Origin: Octopus bimaculoides
Taxonomy: Eukaryota
Length of the DNA stretch: 55,193 nucleotides
Reading direction: 5' to 3'
Assembly (NCBI RefSeq): GCF_001194135.2
Contig: NC_069006.1
Span: 16,393,221 to 16,448,413, forward strand
Part shown: piece by piece, positions 35,399 to 47,143 of the stretch
How positions within the stretch are numbered: position 1 is the first letter of the stretch
Layout of the letters: each line of letters starts with the position of its first letter
The notes under the pieces: model-generated
What the model was told of the DNA's origin: nothing
Databases searched by the model: none
What the model saw: the letters and a program-made list of their open reading frames with translations, nothing else
Translations under genes and position numbers: made by a program

Positions 35399-36137
35399 CA
35401 GTGGTTCTCAACCGGAGTCCATACGGCCCCTGAGGGTTCAGATAATATTTTGGGGGGGTCCATGCAATAAAATAGTAAATAGGGGATCCACAGTAGTATT
35501 TTAAGGGCCCCTGAAAAAATTTTGCTTTAGATGTATGTATTGGTATGTATTGCAAAAAACAGCTAAGTTTCTTTCTCTAACATTTTACATAGTTCAACCT
35601 ACACAAGTTAATGTGTGAAAAACTAAATAGGAATTTTGAAAGAAATTTCTATAAAACTAGTTTTTAAACATCAAATAGCTATTGGGGTCCACCAGAATAG
35701 AATAGGCGTAGGAGTGGCTGTGTGGTAAGTAGCTTGCTTATCAACCACATGGTCCAGGGTTCAGTCCCACTGCGTGGTACCTTGGGCAAGTGTCTTCTAC
35801 TATAGTCTCGGGCCGACCAAAGCCTTGTGAGTGGATTTGGTAGACGGAAACTGAAAGAAGCCCGTCATATGTATGTATGTGTATGTATATGTTTGTGTGT
35901 CTGTGTTTGTCCCCCCAACATCGCTTGACAACCGATGCTGGTGTGTTTACGTCCTCGTAACTTAATGGTTTGGCAAAAGGACCGATAGAATAAGTACTAG
36001 GCTTACAAAGAATAAGTCCTGGGGTCGATTTGGTTGACTAAAGACGGTGCTCCAGCATGGCCACAGTCAAATGATTGAAACAAGTAAAAGAGTAATCAAA
36101 GGGGTACCTCGATAAAAAAAATGGTTGAGAATCTCTG
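35399..36137. mobile_element. hAT/Charlie-type MITE with 8-bp TSD, carrying a nested SINE B
   Basis: TIR CAGTGGTTCTCAACC / GGTTGAGAATCTCTG; TSD CTTTAGAT at 35391-35398 and 36138-36145. Confidence 0.9.
35704..36092 (+). mobile_element. SINE family B, full length, nested in the hAT MITE
   Basis: Near-consensus head, core and tail. Confidence 0.93.
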
Positions 36138-36436
36138 CTTTAGATCGTGGGTATGTCTGAATGATCATTTTGAAGTCCCACCCGGAGTTAAGCATGAATA
36201 TTACAATTTCTCTTTCTCTCTCTTAAAAATGTTATTCTTTAAAGACTATAAGATATGTTTTCAGTAGTTAGTTTTGTGGTCTTGATATGTGAATGGCAAT
36301 GTGGTTCAGTTTGCTTTACAGCTACCTGCATATATAGTCACTTGTCCAATAAGAAACAGCAGCCAAATTTCTGTAAAACTGCATCCTACAATCTTAAAAG
36401 AAAGAATTGAATACCTTGGATAATGTAGTCTCATTT

Positions 36437-36784
36437 AGCTTGGCTTGGCTTGGTTTTGTACTCTTGGGATCATTCCAAGTTAGTAGTCCCAAAGGCGTCA
36501 TTATGTGTAGAACCAACCAAGTCCACCAGTGCTCTCCATCGCTAGCAGTCCTGTGCCAGCCCCTCTGCATCCTCCAAGGTGATGTCAAGCCTCTGGAGAT
36601 CTCCAGTCATGTCCAGCCATCTGAAAGTAAAGCCCTGGTAGGAGATGCAATGCATCGGTCCTCTCAGTTCTCCTCTGTGGAATCCCTATTGAAGACGCTG
36701 ACAAAAAGGATTGATGGCTTTGACAGCAGAACCCTGAGAACCATCAAGAACATCAGATGATACCATCACGTTTCCAACAAAGAA
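36437..36784 (-). mobile_element. RTE-clade LINE 3' fragment with an inverted 5' segment and 12-bp TSD
   Basis: Minus 36622-36437: RWLDMTGDLQRLDITLEDAEGLAQDC*RWRALV then (CCAAG)n tail. Plus 36648-36784: NASVLSVLLCG..KRIDGFDSRTLRTIKNIR*YHHVSNKEV. TSD GTAGTCTCATTT (36425-36436) / GTAGTCCCATTT (36785-36796). Confidence 0.8.
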
Positions 36785-38359
36785 GTAGTCCCATTTTAAC
36801 TTTGAAAAAAATAGACAGCCAGGTCATGTCTAAAAAACGAAGGCAGCAGAGGAAACCACATGGGAAAATAGTACTGGGCATGGCATATACATTTGCCCCA
36901 TTATTTAAACATAATGTCATGCTCTTTAGTTGAGAAAAGAATAAGGGTTATATTGAAAGCAAAGGATGGTCATTTTGAATTGTAAATGTATGTAGAATAT
37001 TGTCAATGAATATAACTTCCATTAACCAAAACTTAAAACTTTATTTTATGATAAAAGGAATAATGGGTAAAGATATATGCTACACTCAGTATTTCTGGAT
37101 TAAAAGATATAAGAATTGTTACTGGATAGAGAATACTCTTTAGAGATCGGCTGTTGATGACCTCTCTCTTGTGCTGGTGACAACAAAATACACCCAGTCT
37201 ATACTATAAAGTTGTTAATGATTAGAAGGGCATCTGGCTGTAAAACCTATGACTAAAAAAAGCAGAGAAGAACAAATGCAGAAGGCATAAATTAGCAACA
37301 AAGATTGTTGGTTTTCTCTGTTGGTGTATGTTACTCTCTCTTTCATTTTCCCTTCAAATTTGAGGCCTTTCGTGCTGTTATCTGAAACAACTGGGAGTTT
37401 TCACTGTTTCACTCAGTATGTTACTGGTGCTGAGGTGGGTCACATATCTTCACTAGCTGTGATGAAATATATTCTGCCATACTGGCAATGAAGTTAATTT
37501 GCAACTATAAAGGAATAAGGTTAAACCTTATCAAATTAAAATCAGCTCTCTCCACATTTCTGTCCAAATTACAGTTGTTCAAACACAACACAAGCTGTTC
37601 TTCCAGTTTCTAAGCTTCTCTGAACTGGAGAAGGAAAAGTGCAGACAAGAAGAGGACATTCCAAGTGTATTGTTCACACCTGCATGAGCAGCACAGGGAC
37701 ATGACATAGATTTTAGGAAATTTATTTTTGCTTGCAATACCAGTTTCACTTTAAAATGATATTGTGCTGAGGCCAAAGTTCTAAAAATCATATCATGATT
37801 TTTGATTGCAAAAGGACATTTCTTACTGCTACCCTGCACTGTGGAACAATGTCAGGATGTAGTTTATTAACCTTCCCAACATCAAGTGCAGTTACCTCGA
37901 TTCTTTCTAAGCGAAGAAACACTAAAAATTATTGGACACAGGGACCTAAGACTACCTCTTAGTGTCTTTCAGCCTGATGTCAGCTTCCCATATTTCTGAG
38001 AATATTGTTCTTCAGACACAGGTTTGAATTGAAAACAATTGCTACATTTGTAACAATGAAATTGTGCAAGTACACAAACTCAAAATGTAATTTGAGCTGC
38101 TGTTGTTGGTCATAATTCCTCATGACATAGTGTTCCAGATGTGACACTGCACAAAAAGTATGAAAGGTACTTTGATACTCAGATAAATATTCTGTAAACT
38201 TGTCAGGTTTACATGAAAATGCCACAAAGAATGTTAATCATGACAAATTTGATTTAACTTAATACCAAAATTAAGCAAAAGCAAAATAAAGTTATCAAAT
38301 TTAATTCATAGTATTATTTTAGTCTAAAGTTCCTTGTCAAACTTGAACTTTCTATGACG

Positions 38360-39010
38360 TGTCATATCAGGGCAAGCAAAAGTTCAACTATTTGATCTTC
38401 ATGTATCCGTGATTTGTCCATGTTGTCAATGAGGTAAATATTTCCATTTGATATTTCTTTTGAAAAATACAAAGTGATGCTTTTCCAGATAATTTTTTTT
38501 TCACACATCACTGGTAGTACTTTGGTACCACCTTTTTCACATTGAAATGTGTACTTTACTAGATAGAATGTACTGTATACTTGTTTGAGGCCACTGTTTT
38601 GAACTGTTTGTATATGACATGAACAGGCAGGTGACAATGAATTCCCAACAATAGTTTCATTTACTACTTCAACGTAGTGAAAGTGTTTTGTTCCTTGTAA
38701 TGGTCTTGAATGGATTGCCATTCTTTCCTTTGAAAAGTTTGTGTTGGTTCTAATTTGCTCTCATGAACAATAACAAATGATGGAAACTTCCTTTCTGCAA
38801 CAGCAACAAATTTGTCTGGATTTGTAACAATTAACTTTACTCGCAAGGTTTTCCACCAGGCAGCATTTTTTCACATCACCACCCACTCCATCCAATCATC
38901 CTCCCCTTTTCCATGCAGTGTAGCCAAAAAAATGCCTGTCAACTGAAACGCCATGATCTCTTTGAAATGACAAATTTATGAATGCATATTTATTAATGGT
39001 TTCCCGTTGT
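38360..39010 (-). mobile_element. Sola2-like DDE transposase remnant
   Basis: Minus strand NKYAFINLSFQRDHGVSVDRHFLATLHGKG..DGVGGDVKK (38990-38870; cf. FATSHGKGAVDGIGGTVKR), then LQGTKHFH. Family label is from recalled motif. Confidence 0.65.
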
Positions 39011-39794
39011 ATCGATGCCCCATTTTTCTATCATTAATAAAATTGTCTGCATTTTTGTTGACATGGGTATTGTAGTTATTATATAATGATGACATTATAT
39101 TTATTACATTACATCAGTATTATTTCAACAATTTTGGCAAAGGAAGACTCCTCATGGAAGAATGCTAAATGAAACCATATTCCCCACAATATATACTTAA
39201 CCAACACTCATAAAATGTAAAGAAACTCCACCACATGATTAACATCAAGTACAGTTTAGCCGATCAATAATGAATGAAGAAAAGAAGTAATTAAAGTAAA
39301 CTAATCAAAAGTGACTAGACATAGAAATCGTGTCATTCTGCCTATTCTTTGTACCTACCCCTAATATCCAATTATCACCTGGTGTCAGTAAACCATCTCA
39401 ACAGACCAATCTAGTTTTTTTTCTTAATTGATCAAAAAAAAAAAATTTTAATCCCACCTGCTGTTTTATTATTCTTCAATGATTAGTATGAAGCAAGTAC
39501 ACACTTACACAGAAACACAAAGACATATATACATTGATATGAAAACATATACACATACATAGTGAGACATTATTAATAGTTTAGCACATATATATATACA
39601 TACATACATACACACACATGCACATATCTACACCACAGAAACACACTCAATTGGACCTGTATTTATATGTACACACAAATGCATTGTTAATGAGATAGTT
39701 AAATCACCAATATTAACAAAAGAAATTGAGAAATAGAGATTAAAAGAATTTTAAATGATACAAAAACATACAGGCAGACAAATATTTTAAATAC

Positions 39795-39985
39795 CAACGT
39801 TAGCAAACATCTCCTTATATAGATACAAAGGTAGATATATCCCCACCTATTTATTATTTTTGGTTGTATTAATAAATTCAATCTATTTGATTATATACAC
39901 AAACACTTTGGCCATGCAACTATCTTTCAATAGGTGGGTGTATATCTACCTTGTATCTGTGTAAGGATGTGTATGCTAAAGTTTG
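39795..39985. repeat. ~57-bp imperfect inverted repeat (39795-39851 / 39929-39985) with a 77-nt spacer
   Basis: CAACGTTAGCAAACATCTCCTTATATAGATACAAAGGTAGATATATCCCCACCTATT against the reverse complement of the right arm; about 80% identical by eye. Confidence 0.8.
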
Positions 39986-40249
39986 CGACATGGTGATCTC
40001 ATATCAAGATAAATAATGCATGACCTTGCAAAAGGTCCCTAAATGAGGGTTGTTTAAGGATGTTTTGAGAGGCGAATTATTCAAACCCCGAAGAATTCCT
40101 CTCAACACATGGCTATGATGCTCTCCCACTATTTCTGCTTGTGATCGTCAGCCACCAAGGGACATGCTCAACTGGTGAAGGTCAAGCAACTGAAAAGCAA
40201 ATCTGTGGTATTGAGCAGAATATTTGCTGTAGCCCATCTTTTATACCAA

Positions 40250-40284
<35 letters not shown>

Positions 40285-40285
<1 letters not shown>

Positions 40286-40690
40286 TGATGAATACTCTCA
40301 GCTTATTTTGCTGGTTACGATGGAAAGTGTCAGCTGTCCACAGCCAGTAGACTAAGGTGACACTTGTTTACTGGTCATGCCTCAAGAACCTTGCAGAGAA
40401 CTCTGGCAGTTCTAAGCAATGCTGAGTTTTGGAGGTGTTCTATTTTTACATTTGTGCCATGCTGGTAGTTGAGTGCTGATACTTCCAAACGTGCTGATTA
40501 CTTTTGGTATTGCTTCCACTTTCTTCATTACCCACAACCTGTGTCTTTTCCACTTCAAATCGTCACAGTTATTCAGTTTTCTCTTTGATCCTGCTGTCAC
40601 TGGGACATGCTGTGTCAATTATCACAAGTTTTTTTCTTCTTGTTCACCACAACAATGTCAGGTTTCTCATGTCTGGTCTGATGGTCACAT
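40285..40690 (-). mobile_element. R4/Dong-clade (restriction-like endonuclease) LINE, 3' fragment inside a TAA microsatellite
   Basis: Minus strand CDHQTRHEKPDIVVVNKKKK, RLWVMKKVEAIPKVISTFGSIS, HLQNSALLRTARVLCKVLE; (TTA)n tracts at 40250-40284 and 40689-40709. Confidence 0.78.
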
Positions 40691-40874
40691 TATTATTATT
40701 ATTATTATTTGTCTTAAATATTTTCATTATTTCTAAATTTATCCAAAGAATGTGGGTGTTTGGTATTTGGGATTGTTAGTTTTTAGATGAAAAAATATTT
40801 AAGTATCTATTATTAGCAGAATTTGCAGAAAATTTCAGACAGGAGTCTCAACACTCATTATATTGAGCTTAATA

Positions 40875-41500
40875 CTTTGACTTACCAGGTCTCATGAAGC
40901 TGTAGTGGATGACACCAGCACTGGACCACCAAACAGACACCATTAGCTTTTTTTGGTGAATATTCTTTTTTGGCACTTTGTCTCTCTCCAACCACCATGC
41001 AGAATGCTTGCTATTGTTGAAAAGAATCCATTTTTCATCACATGTAACAATACGATGCAAAAATGGTTAGCTTTCATGCTGTGACAGCAAAGAACAGCTA
41101 CTTTCAAGATGACATGTCATTTGATGCTCGTTTAGTTTATGTGGAACCCACTTGTCTAGCTTCTTTACCTTGCCGATTTGTTTCAGATGGTCCAATATAT
41201 TTGGAATCGAAACATCACCCCTTGTTACTAACTCATGTGTAGTTTGAGATGTATCTGCTTCCACTACAGTTTCCAGCTTGTCACTTATCCACCTTGGTCT
41301 CGGGTCTACTATGAGGTTGATTTTCAAGAGTAAAGTCACCAGACCGGAACTTCTCAAACCATCGACAGACAGTGGCGTTCATTTGCCACATCTTCACCAA
41401 ACACCTCATTGATATTTCGAGCTGTTTGGGATGCATTGGTTCCACGACAAAACTCATATTTACAAACAACACAAATTTTTTTATCTATCCATGGGCTCAC
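40875..41500 (-). mobile_element. Mariner (Hsmar1/SETMAR-like) transposase remnant
   Basis: TVCRWFEKFRSGDFTLEN, ILDHLKQIGKVKKLDKWVPHKL, RIVTCDEKWILFNN, HQKKLMVSVWWSSAGVIHYSF. Confidence 0.9.
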
Positions 41501-41859
41501 AAAAATTGGTTTACAAGAGAAAACTCACAATAAAATCAGACACCATGAATTGCATTTCAAAAAGTGATGATGTAACTCTTCACTGTTGTAAGACAAAGAA
41601 TTGTCAGGATAAAACATTAGAGTTAAATAAATGCCACAAATTCTTTTGTTTGTGCATATTTTTATGTCCATTTCAATAATTTTATACTCAAAACTATATC
41701 ACCAGAGACAGTTATTGAAATGTTACTACAGTAATACCGCACTTATATACACAGGAATCATGCCCCTCAAAAATGAAAATAAATATAAAATAGAATGAAA
41801 CAAAGGATAAAATATATGCTGAGAATGTGTTAACCAATACAAAATATAAAATAATTATA

Positions 41860-42193
41860 AGGCATGGCTGTGTGATAAGAAGCTTGCTCCCGAACCACAT
41901 GGTTCTGGGCTTGGTCCCGTTGTGTGGCACCTTGGGCAAGTGTCTTCTACTATAGCTTCAAGCCAACCAAAACCTGGTGCGTGAACTTGGGAGACAAAAA
42001 CTGACAGAAACTCTTGTGTGTGTGTGTTGGTGTTTCTACATACTCTTAGTGGTTCGACAAAAGAGACTGATAGAATAAGTACTAGGTTTAAAAGAAAAGT
42101 CCTGGGAGTCAATTTGTTTGACTAAAACCCCTCTCAAGGTGGTGCCCCAGCATGATCACGGTTAGAAGACTGAAACAAGTAAAAGATAAAAGA
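41860..42193 (+). mobile_element. SINE family B, full length, diverged
   Basis: Head to tail colinear with other B copies. Confidence 0.83.
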
Positions 42194-42621
42194 AGTAGAA
42201 TAACATAAGCAACAACACACAAGTTGAGATCTAATAAAAAATAAAATAATAAACAGGTCAATTAATGTGACATGATAAATGCAGTATGGGGGTATCAGAT
42301 TATAAATGCATTAGAAAAACTCATTAGCATTAAGTTGAAGTTTATTTGGGTTACAGCCTAATTGAAGTAGTTAAAGTAGATTATATATAACTGGATTGTC
42401 AAGGCCTCATAGACAGTGACCTCCAGATTTACAAGTGTAAAACACATCTGAAAAATGCATGCCAACAGCAATATGCACACATAGACACAAGTATATATAC
42501 ACATGCACTGTAATCTTAACAACATAGACATTTACAGGTATATTGATACCATGCAAATGATTTTTTGAATTTTTTTGCTATCAGCTCTGTTATCATAGGG
42601 AATTGCAAAATTTATAATCAT

Positions 42622-42997
42622 AGGCGGAGGAGTGGCTGTGTGGTAAGTAGCTTGCTTACGAACCACATCGTTCCGGGTTCAGTCCCATTGCGTGGCACCT
42701 TGGGCAGGTATCTTCTACTATAGCCTCGGGCCGACCAAAGCCTTGTGAGTAGATTTGGTTGATGGAAACTGAAAGAATAAAGTCGTCCCCTGACTGGCTT
42801 TTGTGCCGGTGGCACGTAAAAGCACCCACTACACTCTCTGAGTGGTTGGCGTTAAGAAGGGCATCCAGCTCTGTAGAAACTCTGCCAAATCAGATTGGAG
42901 CCTGGTGTAGTCATCTGGTTTTCACCAGTCATCAGTCAAATCGTCCAACCCATGCTAGCATGGAAAGCGGACGTTAAACGATGATGATGATGATGAT
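42622..42997 (+). mobile_element. SINE with family B head (42622-42776) and family D body/tail
   Basis: B head ends at GGAAACTGAAAGA, then continues GTGCCGGTGGCACGTAAAAGCACC...GGACGTTAAACGATGATG instead of the usual B tail. Confidence 0.85.
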
Positions 42998-44740
42998 ATA
43001 TATATGTATATGTATGTTTGGAGGATGTTTCATAATTAGCAAATGGCAGTTAAGACCAACTCCACTTGAACTGGGGAGATAACCTCAAGATACAGGAATT
43101 CTCCAAAGTTGATTGTACCATTGAGGAAAAGGACAGACTTCATGTCTGAGTTGTGTTTTCTGTTGCTCGTTGCCTTTTTTTAACACCAAGCGCTTTACAA
43201 AGTATGACTGGATGTTATTGTGGAGGTTGGCCATATCCTCCAGTTTCTCATTTTACCTTTTCACAGTCAATCTCACTTGTGCCAGCTTAAGACTGGATCT
43301 TTCTTGTGCCATTTTCATGAAATTAGTTCTTCCCAAACCTCTTTTATTGACAGCAGGGAACTCCTTGTTTCCCACCACCTCCCAAAGCTTTCTTTTTTCA
43401 TAGCAGAATTTGAAGATGACCTAGTGAGGGATTTCAGTCATTTAACTCAAATGTCATGCTGAGAGTACAAGACCTATCCTTCTTCTCCTCCTCCTTGTCC
43501 TCATCGTCCTCGTCCTCACCATCCCAGATAGCAGTATTCTTTTAACTTCGTTTTACTTGTTTCAGTCATTCAACTGCACTGTTTCTGCTCTGAGTTTCTC
43601 ATGTTCAGCTTCCGACAGTTATTGTAGAAAATAGAAACTGCATCATAACACTGGTAAAAAACTCACATGTTGTCTTGCAAACAACTCGCACATGCAAGTG
43701 CTACCAGTCGAGAACTCCGCATACCGGAAGCCAGCAAGTGTATGGGGTCATCAGGAGAGAATGCGCGCCGCTTCGGGACCTACCTCTCGACGGCATCAAT
43801 GTGCACCGGCTTCCCCTCACTGATATGAGGCCCCGCTTGCTAGATCAACTGGTTATTAAAAACAAAGCTCAATATTTCTCTAGCCATCGCTCATCGTCTC
43901 CTTTTACCCAAATCCAGTGGCTAGCCTTCTCCGCTGTACAAAACTCACAGCTCTGAATAAACTTCTACATGTATTGAGTACCTTTTTCTCCTGGTTTGTA
44001 AATCCAGACACACATCTGTCAAAATTTCTGAAGTTTGAAGGGGTTTGCTGCTCAATCACATGCTCCCGGGTTCAATTTGATGGTGTGACATGCATTTTGG
44101 GCAAGTGTCTTCTCTTTTAGACTTAAATCAACACAAGATGAAAGCTGCAAAAGGTAGAAGGATCAAGTGTCTTTTACCATAACCTTGGCTCCACTCAATT
44201 TTGGTGAGTGGAAATGGAAAGAAGGAAATTGTGTAGAAGACTGTTAGATGAAGTATTCTTTTAATTCAAAGCTCCTGCTTTGTCACTCATTGTGCCATGC
44301 TGATTCTGTTTGAGAATTATGCAAGTACATGTTTGTGGAATACTCAGCCACTTATATGAGTATGAAGTTCAATTGATCAAGCAACTAAATACTCGTCATC
44401 AAAGCTGACAAAAGTTTTGGTTATTTTTTACATCGTTGTTGTCATCATCATCAGCAGCACCATATGTCTGTGAACCATGCTGGCATGGCTTTAGATGGTT
44501 CAACAGGACCTGATGAGTCCAGGGAGTACTAACCACTATGCCATATGCCTGTGGGCGTATGGCATGAATTAGATCTCTTGTTTGTTGAAATGGACTAGAG
44601 GGTTCATCATGCCTGTATATACTCAAACTATCTATTAATGTTATTGTTTTATACATACTCCCCACTCACATATATTTATGTTAAATGTTATTCTACATCT
44701 TATTATTATTTATTTCAGCTAAAGCTTATGTTGGACCAAG

Positions 44741-45086
44741 ATGCCACCAAGCTCAGGAGAACTATGGGGCCTACATTTGATGCCTTCACAGATCGATGTC
44801 GATTGTCTGTTGCCAACAGGAATTTTAGTACCTCTTCGTTGTAATCGCAATGCCACGTTAGAGAGTATCAAGACAGACCTCTGGGTAGAGGCAAAGAAAT
44901 ACCCATTCCATACAAAACTCCTAAACCCAACTTCATATGTATTTGTCAGCATCACACAAGATGCTGAACATGAGGAATTCTTTGATGAAACTAAAAGACT
45001 TTGTGATTTGAGACTTTTCTTGCCTTGGCTGAAGGTTGTTGAACCCGAGGGTAACAGAGAAGAGAAAAAATTGAATTATGAAATTG
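44741..45086 (+). CDS. PIK3CA: Class IA PI3K catalytic subunit (p110alpha-like), first coding exon: adaptor (p85)-binding domain
   Basis: [73 protein letters not shown] aligns to human p110alpha 1-118. Acceptor TTTCAG| at 44718 (22-nt UTR), donor G|GTGAGT at 45086, phase 1. Confidence 0.96.
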
Positions 45087-45616
45087 GTGAGTTTTTCTAA
45101 GTATTTCTCTTTAATTTTTCTATTTAACACTTTTAAGTGTTAAATATTTGGATCACCTCAAGAACTATCATTCTAGCCTGCTGAGTGCTGATCCTGCCAG
45201 GTTTTGCCAGCTGAAGATTTATTACCCTGTCAAAGTCTGAAGTGATGATTCTTCAGATGATTGGAATATTTTTTTGATTTTTCTTTTATATTCCTCAATT
45301 AATCTAGTGAAATATACCCTCAAGTTGATTTTGTTTTGGTTTTAATTGTTTCATTTCCCCGATTGATTTCGCCGAGTATCAGCCTCAAGCAGAAGCTGTT
45401 AGAGTGAACAGAAAAACCTTGCTCTTTGGTTAAAAATGAAAATGATATGAGAATGGTAGATCTGACGTGATTGAATACTGAGACTAGTGGTCATCAAACT
45501 GTGTACTAGAAGGGGTAGTGAAGTGCACCACAGATTTTTAAGCTTTTAAAAAATTCATACAAATGCTTGTGTCCTTAGTGTGGGTTGGTTGTTGAATGTG
45601 ATGCAATGTGGTTTAA

Positions 45617-45836
45617 CCCTTTCGTTACTAACCCGGCTGAAACCGGCTCTGGCTCTGAGTACAAATGTTTTGTTTTCATAAGTTTTGAATTAAAATCTTC
45701 CACCAAACCTTAGTCACAATTTATGTTCCTAACACTAGCTGAATGATAACTAAGTTATTTTACTAAATTCTTTGTTATATTTAAAGTAACTGAGAGAAAC
45801 ACAGAGCATCTCAAAATAAATACAGTAACAAAAGGG
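45617..45836. mobile_element. piggyBac-type MITE, 220 bp, in the PIK3CA intron
   Basis: TTAA at 45613-45616 and 45837-45840; TIR CCCTTTCGTTACT / AGTAACAAAAGGG (12/13). Confidence 0.88.
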
Positions 45837-46661
45837 TTAAGGCCTGATAATATATCTTCTGGTTAATATAAACCAGGATAAATATTATTTAAAAAATACA
45901 AAGACAAGTTGAAGTTGACTGCACTGCAACATTTGTTACCATCGCTAAAGTGAAATTCAGCAAACTGGCAAACATGGATAAATCTGTCAATACATTACAT
46001 AAATTCAAAATGCTAGTGTTTATGTATTTTTGTTGTTGATTATTTGTTCATTTACTCTTCACATTAAATAATTCAATACTTGTGATATCTAAATTATTAC
46101 ATGGCCTTTACTGAAGGTTGATGCTAGTAATTCCACAGGATTCATGTTGGCAAGTGTGCCAAAAATTTACTATATTATTAATATCACAGAAAAGAGCAAC
46201 ATTATTATAGTGATTTTAACTCTGTTACACAGTTACCCTGTTTTCTGTTGTGCTACCTCAAATACGATAGGACACTTGATTAGGAAAAAAAATGGTAACA
46301 TTTAGTGTATAAGTGCACCCATAATATTTAGGGTTAGGTGTGTATTATAGGCACAGACTTGGTTGTGTGGCTAAGAAGTTCACAACTATATGGTTTTGGG
46401 TGCAGCCACATTGCATTGTACCTTGACAACTGCAAGTTTGTTTATACCTTGCTAACTGTCTACCAAATCCACACTCAAAGCTTTGGTTGTCCCTAGGCTA
46501 TAGAAGACGACACTGGCTCAAGGTGCCAAGCAGTAGGACTGAACCCTTGTTAGAAATTATTAATTGTTATTCCAAAATCTATTTGGTTTTGCTGTCTTTG
46601 AAGCTTCAGATCTGTCTTTATCGGTATCTTTTATCATTATTGTTTCCTTCTTAATTGTTAG

Positions 46662-46871
46662 GTATGGCCGTTGGTATTCCAATAAGTGATTTCAATGAGA
46701 TGAAAGAACTTGAAGTGATGACATTCCGTCGTAACATTCTGGAAGTTTGTAAAGAGGTAGTGGCTTGCCGAGATGATAAAGCTGGCCATAAACGAGCCCT
46801 GTACAGTTATCCCCCTGAAGTGGAATCTTCCAGAACAAATCCCAGTCATGTGCAAAAAAAGTTAAATAGAG
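46662..46871 (+). CDS. PIK3CA: Class IA PI3K catalytic subunit, second coding exon (210 nt): ABD-RBD linker
   Basis: (G)MAVGIPISDFNEMKELEVMTFRRNILEVCKEVVACRD..RALYSYPPEVESS..HVQKKLNR(G) aligns without gaps to human 118-188. Acceptor GTTAG| at 46661, donor G|GTAGGT at 46871, phase 1/1. Confidence 0.95.
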
Positions 46872-46894
46872 GTAGGTAGACTTTGTTGTATTCA

Positions 46895-46929
<35 letters not shown>

Positions 46930-47143
46930 GTTTTAGCACTTTAGCTGCTATTTCTGAATTTTGGTATATGGTGAAGCAACTGTTGCTGATCCCTTAATTA
47001 TGTTTATAAATTTAAAAGTACTTTTAAATAAGTTCTTTACCGATAATGGTTTTTACATACCGAAGTGCTTGGTAAAAATTATTAATTATTAATTTATTAA
47101 TAAATTAATAATCCTTTACCCTTTTATTTGTAATAATTATATA

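Noticed and set aside
37579-38225. hAT-like transposase (CPCAAH motif) or host exons on the minus strand
   Set aside because: One short motif only; neighbouring hAT motifs could not be aligned and no splice framework is evident.
43020-43960. R4-like and Penelope GIY-YIG-like LINE fragments
   Set aside because: Complex sequence with faint hints (RGLGR; DGINV) but too weak to call without a search.
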